From: an uncultured virus (IMG/VR IMGVR_UViG_3300027708_000048)
Taxonomy: Duplodnaviria; Heunggongvirae; Uroviricota; Caudoviricetes
Strand: one strand, 5' to 3'
IMG/VR virus record: IMGVR_UViG_3300027708_000048
Length of the DNA: 64,000 nucleotides
How positions within the stretch are numbered: the stretch's first letter is position 1; every line of letters begins with the position of its first letter. The position numbers and the translations under genes were made by a program. The notes below the pieces were generated by a model, which had not been told where the DNA came from, searched no databases, and saw only the letters and a list, made by a program, of their open reading frames with translations. This document shows positions 48,306-58,002 of the stretch, piece after piece.

Positions 48306-49775
48306 ATGGCAACTTATTATTTTAGTCAAGTTGTAAGTGGGTATTTGCAGGATGTTGATAATTGGTTTTTAGATTCTGAACGCACAATACCATCAGTGGT
48401 GTTGCCAGATACTACTGATGATGTGGTATTTAGCGGAATGGAAACAATAGCTGGATATGATGCTAGTGGCACAACAGCCACATACAAAACAATATCTGCC
48501 AATGGAGTTTCTTTTTATGCTCCAGATAACACTTGGAATTTAATTGCAACAAATGGAATAACTGCAGCAAATTCTTACTTTTTTGGAATTTCAATACAAG
48601 CAAATGGATCTTATCGGTCTTGCAGTTTTGCATCTACAGATTACGGAAGTGGAATATTCACTGGAAATATAACATTGCGTAATTGTTTATGTATATCAAC
48701 ACATGATGTAGATTCTCCAGCAATTGCTAGTTTTGTTGGAAATGTTAATGCTTATTATCCAACATCAATTGTGACTGGTTCAGTAAATGGAACTCTTATT
48801 CGGCATGGATATGGACTTCGCAATACTTGCGTTGCACATTGCCATTTAGATGAAACAAGTGGAACTAGGGAGGTTTTGGATCTTTATGAAGAAGAAGGGA
48901 TTTCTGAAGTTGTAATTTCTGGAGCAGGTGTTTTTATTGTAAATGGTACATATAAAAGATACAATCCATCTCAAAATCTAGCAAATACTAATCAAGCGGC
49001 AGAAATTGTTTATAATGGAAACGAGTATCAAATAGACCTTGGTGGTGGAGATTATTATTACACTACCGATTTTGTGGATTGGTTTTGCACAAATTCAATT
49101 TACAACCCGCCACCAACCACAGTTTCTACAACAAGTTTATTTCCAGTTGGATATGGAGCCGGGCTTATTGGCAACGCCGCAAAGTTTAATTTGAATTCAT
49201 TAATTAATGATGCATCTGAATTGATTGCTGAATTTAGTATTTCTGTTTGGGTAAAGTTTTTAAGTGTGCCAACAGGATCATCTGATTGTATTGTTGGAAC
49301 TGGACAAACATACGGAGAGAATTTTACTATTTATGGAAACAATAGCAGAATAAGGCTTTATTTTGATAGCAGTGCATCAGCCGATCTTCAATCAGATCCA
49401 ATTAGTGCAAACACTTGGTATCACTGCGTTCTTACTGTTACTCTTGATGCAATTAAGTTTTATGTTAATGGTGAGTATATTGGTGAAAAAACGGATGTTC
49501 ATGTTGTAAATTCTGGTGGATTTGCTTTGTCCAAATTCTTTGGAGGCAACAGGCTTCACGACAATGCACTTGTTGATGAGCTTAACATATTTAGTGTTGA
49601 GTTAAATCAAGCTCAAGTTAATGCCCTGTATAACAATGGTTTAGGATTTGCCTACCCATTTAGCATACCGGGGTCAAAAAAGATTGACCTTTACAAACTC
49701 CTTGGAATACCTTTCCCTGCAAAGGATTACAAATACAGCCGCCTACTGAACCTCCCTTTCTTTGTAAAAATATGA
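48306..49775 (+). CDS. LamG receptor-binding protein, short allele
   Basis: Matches the C-terminal ~490 aa of 1490..4096; identical C-terminal tail. Confidence 0.8.
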   Translation: MATYYFSQVVSGYLQDVDNWFLDSERTIPSVVLPDTTDDVVFSGMETIAGYDASGTTATYKTISANGVSFYAPDNTWNLIATNGITAANSYFFGISIQANGSYRSCSFASTDYGSGIFTGNITLRNCLCISTHDVDSPAIASFVGNVNAYYPTSIVTGSVNGTLIRHGYGLRNTCVAHCHLDETSGTREVLDLYEEEGISEVVISGAGVFIVNGTYKRYNPSQNLANTNQAAEIVYNGNEYQIDLGGGDYYYTTDFVDWFCTNSIYNPPPTTVSTTSLFPVGYGAGLIGNAAKFNLNSLINDASELIAEFSISVWVKFLSVPTGSSDCIVGTGQTYGENFTIYGNNSRIRLYFDSSASADLQSDPISANTWYHCVLTVTLDAIKFYVNGEYIGEKTDVHVVNSGGFALSKFFGGNRLHDNALVDELNIFSVELNQAQVNALYNNGLGFAYPFSIPGSKKIDLYKLLGIPFPAKDYKYSRLLNLPFFVKI

Positions 49776-50035
49776 TCACTTTCAAGAAACCAACTGATGT
49801 GCTGTTTCCCAACAAGGAAAAGGGGCCGTTCAATCCATTGAAGTTAAATTCTCTGGATTGGAGCGTCACCTATAACAACACAGACAAGATTGCTTTTGTT
49901 GTGTTCAATGGAATCAATAGAAAGCTCACGCTTTGGGAAGGCAAAGACTACGATAATGCTGGTGAGTTCACGGATACAGATGTTGATGCACGAGTTATTA
50001 AGTTGATGGGCATCAATAAAGGGGATGTAGCGTGA
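49772..50035 (+). CDS. hypothetical (homolog of 4093..4356)
   Basis: High identity. Confidence 0.7.
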   Translation: MITFKKPTDVLFPNKEKGPFNPLKLNSLDWSVTYNNTDKIAFVVFNGINRKLTLWEGKDYDNAGEFTDTDVDARVIKLMGINKGDVA

Positions 50036-50202
50036 TGAATGTTCCGTCACACCCAACAGATGGATTTCTAGGATGTGCGGCTAGTATTGCGGCTTTTGCC
50101 GCTTCATTTGTTCCTTCAGAGGAGAGCCTTCGGATTCTTTGTTTGCTCTTGAGTATGCTGGCTTCTATCGCCACGATTATCAGAGTGGCAAAAATGAAAT
50201 GA
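50035..50202 (+). CDS. small membrane protein, holin/antiholin candidate
   Basis: Homolog of 4353..4520. Confidence 0.65.
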   Translation: MNVPSHPTDGFLGCAASIAAFAASFVPSEESLRILCLLLSMLASIATIIRVAKMK

Positions 50203-50660
50203 TTGAACTCCTTTGGAGATATGTCTGCACATTGGTTGAATATGTGTGGGTGTGTATCAAGATCGCTTTTGTCAGCCTTCTAGTCTGGCTATCTGGATGT
50301 GCCCATGTGGATAAGCAAAATGTCTTTGCCCCTTCTCCAGCGGCTGTGGTTGGCTCTGTGGCTAAAGCACAGCAGAAAGCGGCGTTGCTACAGGGGGAGG
50401 TGAGTCCTAAAGGCAAGGCCGTATTGGACGATCTGAACAAGTCCCTGTTTGAAGCCCAAGTGAATGTGGGGAAGTATGTGAGCGTTGTGGACGATCAAGC
50501 TAGGAGGCTGGCAGATGCACAGGCTGAAGTGATCTACTGGCATGATAAGCAGATCAAGGCACTCAAAGAACTTTGGATGTGGAGGCTGATTGCTATGGGG
50601 TCTATTCTCGCTGTTGTTGCCTATATTGGAATCAAGACCTCATGGCAGTTCCGCCTGTAA
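50199..50660 (+). CDS. lipoprotein, spanin candidate
   Basis: Homolog of 4517..4978. Confidence 0.65.
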   Translation: MIELLWRYVCTLVEYVWVCIKIAFVSLLVWLSGCAHVDKQNVFAPSPAAVVGSVAKAQQKAALLQGEVSPKGKAVLDDLNKSLFEAQVNVGKYVSVVDDQARRLADAQAEVIYWHDKQIKALKELWMWRLIAMGSILAVVAYIGIKTSWQFRL

Positions 50661-50962
50661 AGCTCTCCACGCCTTGGCAGAGGCTTGTCCTGTCCGTATT
50701 GGGCGTAATCACTATTGAGGGTAGCTGGAGGTGGGCCGTGGCTCATCTATACACGCTCCCGCCACAATCCTTGGCAGGGTTCGTCACCATCACTACCAAC
50801 TCCTTCTATGTGATTGGAGCCATCGTGATATTCATGGTTACTGGAAGGCTGATCTACGAGTGGAAGCTAGGTTCACAGCAGATCCAGAGCGTTGCTTCAG
50901 AGACGCAGGAGATCATTGAAAAGGCTGTAAAGCCAAAGTGGTATGATGACGGAGCGGTTTAA
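50642..50962 (+). CDS. putative holin
   Basis: Homolog of 4960..5280; overlaps endolysin start. Confidence 0.55.
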   Translation: MAVPPVKLSTPWQRLVLSVLGVITIEGSWRWAVAHLYTLPPQSLAGFVTITTNSFYVIGAIVIFMVTGRLIYEWKLGSQQIQSVASETQEIIEKAVKPKWYDDGAV

Positions 50963-51380
50963 GAAGGAGATCATTCCTTGGTTGTTCCGATGGGAGGGAA
51001 CTACCTACGAGAATGATCCAGATGATCCCGGTGGAGCCACAAAGTTTGGGATAGATCAACGATCACATCCATCCGTAAACATCCGTGAACTCACGGCTGA
51101 CGAGGCAACTCAAATTTACTGGGATGAATACTGGCAGAAGCTCCATTGCGATCAATACCCAATTCCTATGGACTGGGTGTGGTTTAACGCCTGTGTGAAT
51201 TGCGGGGTTGGTAGGGCACAGAAGTTGGTTCGTCAAGCGGGAGCCAATCCAAGAAAGTTTTTAGATGCTCAAGATGATTTTTATAAAAATCTAGCAGAAG
51301 CAAGACCATCAAGCAGGAAGTATTTAAAAGGATGGTTGGCTAGAACAGCTGATCTACGCAAGGTTTGTGGACTCTCGTAG
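50943..51380 (+). CDS. endolysin, GH108-like
   Basis: WEGTTYENDPDDPGGATKFGI. Confidence 0.85.
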   Translation: MMTERFKKEIIPWLFRWEGTTYENDPDDPGGATKFGIDQRSHPSVNIRELTADEATQIYWDEYWQKLHCDQYPIPMDWVWFNACVNCGVGRAQKLVRQAGANPRKFLDAQDDFYKNLAEARPSSRKYLKGWLARTADLRKVCGLS

Positions 51381-51486
51381 CTAAAATAGCTAGGGGATTG
51401 TTAAGGGGGGATTGGGGTTTGTGTCAAGCATAAAATAATTTTATTTTGTTGTTGCAATCCACAATCTGTTCACATACAAGGGCCAC

Positions 51487-51735
51487 ATGGAAAACGACAC
51501 CACTATTGAATCCCTGCTCAACGAGAACTCCAAGCTCATCACAATCATCTCCCACCTTGAGGAGAAGCTGAAGTCTATTGACCGCAACATGAACGAGCTT
51601 TCGCCAGTCATTCAACAAATCAAGCAAAGGAATGAATCCCTCACTGCCGCAATCAACTTCGCTCTCACGGAGTATCCATCAAGCAGGGCCAGTGTTTATC
51701 TGGCTGGAGTGATGGAAAATCTTTTTCAAAAATAG
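51487..51735 (+). CDS. hypothetical coiled-coil protein
   Basis: Homolog of 6662..6916. Confidence 0.7.
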   Translation: MENDTTIESLLNENSKLITIISHLEEKLKSIDRNMNELSPVIQQIKQRNESLTAAINFALTEYPSSRASVYLAGVMENLFQK

Positions 51736-51773
51736 TTCTTGCTATCACATCATCATCCAACTACACACGACAT

Positions 51774-51905
51774 ATGGCACAGACCAATCAACAGCTTAAA
51801 GACGAGAACGAACGCCTCAAGGCATTGCTGGCATTCATTCGTTCAGAGCTAGATGAAATCTTGGAATCAATCGACGAAGAAGCGGAGATTGAGGAAGAGG
51901 AGTAG
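51774..51905 (+). CDS. small acidic protein
   Basis: Homolog of 6955..7086. Confidence 0.65.
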   Translation: MAQTNQQLKDENERLKALLAFIRSELDEILESIDEEAEIEEEE

Positions 51906-51924
51906 AACACAACAAACAACACAC

Positions 51925-52656
51925 ATGGAAACAAACGCACAAACGCAGTATTCAGAGGCTCTCGTAGCCGCAATCGGGGAACTATCCAATGTTCCCAAGA
52001 CAGCATCCAATCCGTATTTCAAATCCAAATACGCACCACTGGACGCAATCATTGAAGCGACACGCCCCATCCTTGCCAAGCATGGCCTTGCGGTTACGCA
52101 ACAGCCTTTGTTCTTGGAGGGGTCAGCTGGCGTTGAGACAACGATTCTTCACAAGGGGGGTCACAGCACCACCACAACTCTCCTTCTGCCACTAAAGGAT
52201 CAGTCCCCGCAGGGAGTTGGGTCGGCAATCACTTACGCTCGTCGCTATGCTCTAGCCGCAGTGCTTGGAGTTGCCGCAGAGGATGACGATGACGGCAATG
52301 TGTCAACTGGGCTTGCCAAGAAGGAGGAAGCTCGTCCTGCCATTGCAAAGGTGATGGACAAGAAGGATTCAGCACCTCGCCCAGCAGGAGCAGTCACAAC
52401 AACTTGGAGGGGCATTCTCCCCACCAATGCGAAGGTGGCGGCTCAATCCAAGGATGGATCTGCTAGGAAGTGGACGCTCTATTCAGTAGAGTTCAGCGAC
52501 AACGGCAAGACCATTGAGGCCATGACCTTCGATGAGAAGCTGTTCAATGCGGCAACGGCATTCGGCACCGATGGGACGATTGTTGACGCTGGCGTGAGTC
52601 CGGGCAAGAAAGATCCTAGCAAGTGGGAGCTAGTAACATTAACACCAACAGAGTAA
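51925..52656 (+). CDS. erf: ERF-family recombinase
   Basis: GSAITYARRYAL..DDDG. Confidence 0.9.
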   Translation: METNAQTQYSEALVAAIGELSNVPKTASNPYFKSKYAPLDAIIEATRPILAKHGLAVTQQPLFLEGSAGVETTILHKGGHSTTTTLLLPLKDQSPQGVGSAITYARRYALAAVLGVAAEDDDDGNVSTGLAKKEEARPAIAKVMDKKDSAPRPAGAVTTTWRGILPTNAKVAAQSKDGSARKWTLYSVEFSDNGKTIEAMTFDEKLFNAATAFGTDGTIVDAGVSPGKKDPSKWELVTLTPTE

Positions 52657-52661
52657 TAACA

Positions 52662-52856
52662 ATGAAACAAAAAAAAATATATGCATTTCCAAACGAGCGT
52701 TGTTTTGGAATGACATTGCGTGAGTATTATGCTGGATTGGCTATGCAGTCATATTGCACCAGAGATGTAGAAAAAGGATGGACGAAAAAAGAAATAGCGT
52801 CAGATGCCTTTGAAATGGCTGACGAAATGATTGCACTAATTGAATTAGGAGAATGA
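52662..52856 (+). CDS. small conserved phage protein (GMTLRxYxAG type)
   Basis: AFP..GMTLREYYAGLAMQ..AFEMADEMI; copy 2 only. Confidence 0.7.
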   Translation: MKQKKIYAFPNERCFGMTLREYYAGLAMQSYCTRDVEKGWTKKEIASDAFEMADEMIALIELGE

Positions 52857-53620
52857 AATCCAAAGCTAACAGGGGGGCGAAAGCCCCCCATATTGCCAAG
52901 AAATATGAGAGATTCATTGCCGTTGCCTGTTCTCACGGAAAGTATTCTGACCCTACTGCCATTGAAGCTGTCCTACGAATGCGGGATAGATGGAAGCCGT
53001 CTATCGTTGTTCATCTGGGTGATTGGTGCGATACAACCGCATGGCGTAGTGGTGCGGCTGGAAGCTCCGACGAGTCTGAACCTGTCGCTCCAGACATTGA
53101 TGGTGGGATCTCGTTCTTGCGAAAGTATCGACCAACTCATGTGTTGGACGGAAACCACGAAGATCGAATACCCAGAATGCTCAATCATCGTAACGCCATT
53201 GTCTCCTACGCCGCTCAAAAGGCTACGGACTACATTGACAGAGCTTTCCTCGACATTGGTTGCCGCCGCATTCCGTATGACGGAGTATATCAGAGGCTGG
53301 TTATTGGTGATGTGACCTTCACGCATGGAACCATCTATAACGAAAACTCGGCTCGTGATATGGCAGAGATGTATGGTGGAAAGGTGATATTCGGTCACAC
53401 GCATCGTAGCCAGATTGGAGAGGGAAGAACAATCAAGGAAAGCACAGGCTATTGTGCTGGAACGCTGACAAGCCAAGGAAGCATGGACTACGCAAAGTGC
53501 CGTAGGGCCACGCTAGGCTGGAGGCAGGGTATTGTGTATGGCGAGATTGGAGATGCAGATAGTGCCGTCTGGCTATGCACACGAAGCGAATTTAACAAAG
53601 AATGGAGGTTGCCACTATGA
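52853..53620 (+). CDS. calcineurin-like metallophosphoesterase
   Basis: Homolog of 7821..8597. Confidence 0.85.
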   Translation: MKSKANRGAKAPHIAKKYERFIAVACSHGKYSDPTAIEAVLRMRDRWKPSIVVHLGDWCDTTAWRSGAAGSSDESEPVAPDIDGGISFLRKYRPTHVLDGNHEDRIPRMLNHRNAIVSYAAQKATDYIDRAFLDIGCRRIPYDGVYQRLVIGDVTFTHGTIYNENSARDMAEMYGGKVIFGHTHRSQIGEGRTIKESTGYCAGTLTSQGSMDYAKCRRATLGWRQGIVYGEIGDADSAVWLCTRSEFNKEWRLPL

Positions 53621-53871
53621 GTGTAAATGAATGGGCGTTAACAATATCTAAAGTCCTTTCACAGGGAGCAAAGGCAAGCTGTGATGTAATCCCAAAAGGG
53701 TTCAAAACGCATCCAGAGATAGCAAAGGAATCTGGACGCTCTTTGACTAGGTGCTATGTTTACCTAGAGAGGGGAGTTAAGATGGGTTTAATAGAAAAAA
53801 GAAAGCTAAAGACAAAAAGCGGAAACACAATCAAGCACATTGCATTCTACAGAATCATTAAAAAGAAATGA
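53617..53871 (+). CDS. small basic HTH-like protein
   Basis: THPEIAKESGRSLTRCYVYL; replaces 8594..8848. Confidence 0.6.
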   Translation: MSVNEWALTISKVLSQGAKASCDVIPKGFKTHPEIAKESGRSLTRCYVYLERGVKMGLIEKRKLKTKSGNTIKHIAFYRIIKKK

Positions 53872-54077
53872 CAAACGAATATTACATTGAACCAAACTTT
53901 TCTATTCTGGCTGGCCCATACAACGAGAATAGCCCAAGGGAAAAATCATTCCTCCAGAATGTAATCAATGACCTAAAAGCTGGTGGCATTGAATATAAAC
54001 TTGAGCCTTCATTTGGCGATAATGGGAATCTCCGTGGAGTGAATGTGTTGAGGAGGGGAATGATTTTGCCAAAATGA
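53868..54077 (+). CDS. hypothetical protein
   Basis: Homolog of 8845..9060. Confidence 0.7.
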   Translation: MTNEYYIEPNFSILAGPYNENSPREKSFLQNVINDLKAGGIEYKLEPSFGDNGNLRGVNVLRRGMILPK

Positions 54078-54150
54078 CCGCTGAACAACAACTTGCACTT
54101 TGTGCAATCTTATGTGCAGTATTCGTTTACTGCTTAATACAAACACGCTT

Positions 54151-54444
54151 ATGAACTTTAAAAGAATAGGATATGTTAAAATCAACGAGCGAAGGTGGGA
54201 ATACGGATGGGGCAACTGCAAAGATGCCCTCGGAATATGCGACTACAATAAACGCAGGATTGTTATATCACGGAAGGGTGGATGCGATCTCGTTGATGTT
54301 GTCGCACACGAAGCCGCCCATGCCAGATTTCCAGACATTAAAGAAGAGGCTATTAATGAGCTTGGAACTATCGTGGGAGATATTTATCGCAATCTTATTT
54401 ATTCTGTTGCCCCCGGTGCTAAACCAATCAAAGCCAGTGCTTGA
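54151..54444 (+). CDS. small HExxH protein
   Basis: HEAAH. Confidence 0.7.
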   Translation: MNFKRIGYVKINERRWEYGWGNCKDALGICDYNKRRIVISRKGGCDLVDVVAHEAAHARFPDIKEEAINELGTIVGDIYRNLIYSVAPGAKPIKASA

Positions 54445-54464
54445 TGACGAAGAGGAGGAAGAAG

Positions 54465-54662
54465 ATGCCATTTACAAATAAAAATGCCGCAGATTACTTT
54501 GACGAGTGGATGAACACCATTGGGGTTAGGACATTCTCTCAACATCATGGCAGTGCAGAGGGCCACAGGGAATACCTAGCGGCGGCATATTTATCTGGCT
54601 TTAGGCAGGCAGAAGCCTTATACGGAAGACTTAACGATGAGACAGAAGCTCATAAAGACTAG
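54465..54662 (+). CDS. hypothetical protein
   Basis: Homolog of 9448..9645. Confidence 0.65.
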   Translation: MPFTNKNAADYFDEWMNTIGVRTFSQHHGSAEGHREYLAAAYLSGFRQAEALYGRLNDETEAHKD

Positions 54663-55296
54663 CGAAGTTCCCCCCGGTTTTTTCCGCTATACTTGCCCAG
54701 AGACCGGGTTTAAGATTGATCGTGAGCATACCATGAATGGTTTGCTTGGCAGGGTTAAAGTTCATTACGAGGACAACAATATTCCACTCCCCCCAGATTG
54801 GAAGGAATCCGTAGAGGATCAGTTGTGCCGTCAACTCCCCGCTGGTTGGTGTAGATACGAGGATGGCAAGGAGCCAGCAGGGGCTAAATCCATTGTGTCA
54901 GCAGAGGGGATTATCAAGGGCATCACTTCCTTGGCTACGATGGCTATAGACAAGATGAAGGGCAAGGATGTCTTTGTTTCACAGGAGGAAGCTAACAGAA
55001 GGGCTGAAATCTGTGCTAGATGTTATAATAACATGACAACTAACTTCTGTGCTGGATGTGGTGCTATGCAACAGATAACATCCTTGGTAGCAAAGGTTAA
55101 GGGTGGTCGCTCAACCCCTTTAGATAGTAGCCTATTGACTTGTGGTATATGTGGTTGTAGAAATGAGGCAATTGTCCATATTGACAAAAAAGTGTTGCTT
55201 TCTGGTGAGAAACCAGAGACAACGGAGGCTCGACCAGACTGGTGCTGGTTAAAGAACGACGACCTAAACCAAGCATCGGCATCACTTAAAATATGA
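54637..55296 (+). CDS. Cys-rich protein
   Basis: Homolog of 9620..10279. Confidence 0.75.
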   Translation: MRQKLIKTSEVPPGFFRYTCPETGFKIDREHTMNGLLGRVKVHYEDNNIPLPPDWKESVEDQLCRQLPAGWCRYEDGKEPAGAKSIVSAEGIIKGITSLATMAIDKMKGKDVFVSQEEANRRAEICARCYNNMTTNFCAGCGAMQQITSLVAKVKGGRSTPLDSSLLTCGICGCRNEAIVHIDKKVLLSGEKPETTEARPDWCWLKNDDLNQASASLKI

Positions 55297-57521
55297 TTCA
55301 ATTTGGCCTAAATGATCCCAAAGTGGGCGAAAAACCTCCCCGCACAAGGGTTGAGGACGCTGGATCGGCTAGGTCAATGCTTTATGAACTGATCAATGAT
55401 GATCAGATTGCCTCTTATCGTCGCTCCCAGATCCAAGGGATTATTGACGGCAACCCCCCATATAACGAGCAACAGCTTCGTGAGATGGGACAGGCTGACA
55501 GGATTAATGTAAATTGGGGTCATGCGGAAGCCAAGGTTGAGGCCGCAGTGATTCCTTACTTTGACATCCTCACCTCTGTAGGGAGCTATGCCACAGTTAA
55601 GACCAAGTATGGTAAAGACATGGGTAAGCGAGAAGAGTGGAGCAGGATCATCACAGAAGAGTTCCACAGGCTTCTTTCTAGCAGTAACCCTAACTTCCTA
55701 GCCCAGCATCAAGTCGCCCATAAGGAGCTTGTCATTCACGGACAGGCTTGTATGTATTTCCCAGACGGAACTGATTGGAGGGCTAAAGCTATTGAGCCTT
55801 ATGCTCTGGTTGTGCCTAAAGGCTCCAAGGTGGATTGGGACAATTGGGAGTTCTGCTACATCCTAGACGAGCTTTATTGCGAACAACTCTACTCTTATAT
55901 TGAGGATGAGGAAGCCGCCCAAAGGGGAGGATGGGATGTTGAGCAATGTCGTGAGGCTATCATGCAAGCTCGTGTGGACGAGCAGGATCAACGCCGTCCT
56001 TGGGAGTGGTATCAGAGGGAACTAAAGAACAATGCTCTGTATTATTCTTATGCCAAGAGCAAGATTATTAAGGTGGCTCACTTCTATGTGAAGGAATACG
56101 ATGGTCGTATCTCCCACTACATCTTTGATCGGCTTAACTCAACGGAGTTCCTTTGTCAGAAGATTGGTCGTTATGACAAGTTTAGCAATGCCTTCACTGT
56201 CTTCCTTAACGGAGTAGGCAACGGATTCTATCATGGCGTTAGGGGCTTGGGCCAGAAAGTCTATAAATATGCCGAAGCCATGAACAGGGTTAACAACGCT
56301 CTTATGGAGGGCGTTATCCTTGGTTCATGCGTGATGTTCCAGCCTAACTCTGCCGCTGATGCCGAGAAGCTAAAGACTGTCCAGATTGGGCCTTATCGCA
56401 TTCTTCCCCCCGGTCTTAACCTCACTCAAGCGAATGTCTCCAGCAACTTGTCTGCCGCTATGCAGACTGCCCAGTTCTTCCAAGGACAGGAGAGTGATGA
56501 CATTGGTAGCTTCATGCCATCCGTTAGCGGTGGTGGTGGGCGGAAGAAGAGTAATAAGGAAGTCGAGATGGAGATTGGCGAGAAGAGCCGTCTCACCAAC
56601 ACTCGTGCAGAAATCTATCTACAGGCTCTGGATGTTCATTACGCAGAGGTTTATCGTAGGGCCGCTAACCCCAATCTGATCGAAGAGGATCATGGTGGAA
56701 GGGAAGCACTGCGATTCCAAGAGGCTTGTATGGACAGGGGTGTTCCTGCCGCCGCCATGCTTGACATCGACACAGTTAGGGCAACTCGCTCAATCGGACA
56801 GGGAAGCTCTGCCGCTCGTATGCAGGCTATGGAACTTATCGGTCAATACCTCCCTCAACTCCCAGAGTCCAATCGGAAGCGAGTTATTAATGCCAACATA
56901 GCGGCAATTGCGGGACAAACTGGGGTTGAGACTTTCGGTATCCCAGAAGAGGTTAAGCCAGATGGCAATGATCTTTCGATTGCTTCACTTGAGAACAATG
57001 CTCTCCAGCAGGGAGGCCAAGTGCTTATTGATCCAGATCAAAACCACTACACCCATCTAACTGTCCATATGCAGTTTGCTGGTAGCCTTGTGCAGGGCGT
57101 TCAGCAACAGCAAGTTGACCCTCGCCAAGTTAGCGGTGCTATGCAAGCCGCTATCCCGCATATGCTATCTCACCTCCAGTTCTTGCAGGAAGATCCTACA
57201 AGGACAGAGCAGTATGATTCCATGAACGAGCAGTTAAGCGAGTTGATGAAGATTGCCGACCAGCTTAATAAGTATGCCCAGCAGATGCAGGAGCAGGAAC
57301 AGGCTCAAGCGGCACAGCAACAGGGCCAGCAACAGCAAGACCCTAAAGTTATGGTTGCAATGAACAAAATTGAACTTGATCGTATGAAATTCCAAAATGA
57401 TGCACAGATCAGACAGGCCAAGGCCCAGCATCAGATGCAATTACAGGACAAGAAAACAGCACAGAGGCTGATGATTGATCGTGTAAAAATGGCCCAAAAG
57501 TATGGGTCGATCCAACCATAA
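55293..57521 (+). CDS. portal protein
   Basis: Homolog of 10276..12501; diverges mainly at the C-terminus. Confidence 0.7.
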   Translation: MIQFGLNDPKVGEKPPRTRVEDAGSARSMLYELINDDQIASYRRSQIQGIIDGNPPYNEQQLREMGQADRINVNWGHAEAKVEAAVIPYFDILTSVGSYATVKTKYGKDMGKREEWSRIITEEFHRLLSSSNPNFLAQHQVAHKELVIHGQACMYFPDGTDWRAKAIEPYALVVPKGSKVDWDNWEFCYILDELYCEQLYSYIEDEEAAQRGGWDVEQCREAIMQARVDEQDQRRPWEWYQRELKNNALYYSYAKSKIIKVAHFYVKEYDGRISHYIFDRLNSTEFLCQKIGRYDKFSNAFTVFLNGVGNGFYHGVRGLGQKVYKYAEAMNRVNNALMEGVILGSCVMFQPNSAADAEKLKTVQIGPYRILPPGLNLTQANVSSNLSAAMQTAQFFQGQESDDIGSFMPSVSGGGGRKKSNKEVEMEIGEKSRLTNTRAEIYLQALDVHYAEVYRRAANPNLIEEDHGGREALRFQEACMDRGVPAAAMLDIDTVRATRSIGQGSSAARMQAMELIGQYLPQLPESNRKRVINANIAAIAGQTGVETFGIPEEVKPDGNDLSIASLENNALQQGGQVLIDPDQNHYTHLTVHMQFAGSLVQGVQQQQVDPRQVSGAMQAAIPHMLSHLQFLQEDPTRTEQYDSMNEQLSELMKIADQLNKYAQQMQEQEQAQAAQQQGQQQQDPKVMVAMNKIELDRMKFQNDAQIRQAKAQHQMQLQDKKTAQRLMIDRVKMAQKYGSIQP

Positions 57522-57526
57522 ATAAT

Positions 57527-57787
57527 ATGAGCGAAGCATGGACACGCAAAGAAGGTAAGAACCCCAAGGGTGGCCTTAACGCAAAGGGAAGGGCATCCTA
57601 CAACAAGGCACATGGTGGCAACCTTAAAGCCCCTGCACCGAATCCTAAAACATCCAAGGATGCCGCAAGGAAGAAATCATTCTGTGCTAGGATGAAAGGG
57701 ATGAAGAGCAAGTTGACCAGCGAGGCAACAAAGCGAGATCCCAATAGCAGGATTAACAAGTCCCTTCGGGCTTGGAAATGTCGGTAA
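57527..57787 (+). CDS. small basic protein (DUF6321-like)
   Basis: Homolog of 12656..12916. Confidence 0.75.
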   Translation: MSEAWTRKEGKNPKGGLNAKGRASYNKAHGGNLKAPAPNPKTSKDAARKKSFCARMKGMKSKLTSEATKRDPNSRINKSLRAWKCR

Positions 57788-57810
57788 ACCTAAAACAAAA
57801 CTGAAATACA

Positions 57811-58002
57811 ATGAAATCCACTAGCTTCGATGCTGGTCGGGAAGAAATGCGGGAGCAGTTAGTGGCTCTCATCTATCACAACTATTGCCATCAAGTGACT
57901 TTCCACGGAAAAGATAGTGAGCAAGCGTTGATTCTCAAGAACCTAATTAAAGACATCAGACACGATCAAGCGGAAGAATATGAGCAAGTGCCTAGTAATT
58001 GA
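57811..58002 (+). CDS. hypothetical protein
   Basis: Divergent homolog of 12940..13125. Confidence 0.6.
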   Translation: MKSTSFDAGREEMREQLVALIYHNYCHQVTFHGKDSEQALILKNLIKDIRHDQAEEYEQVPSN

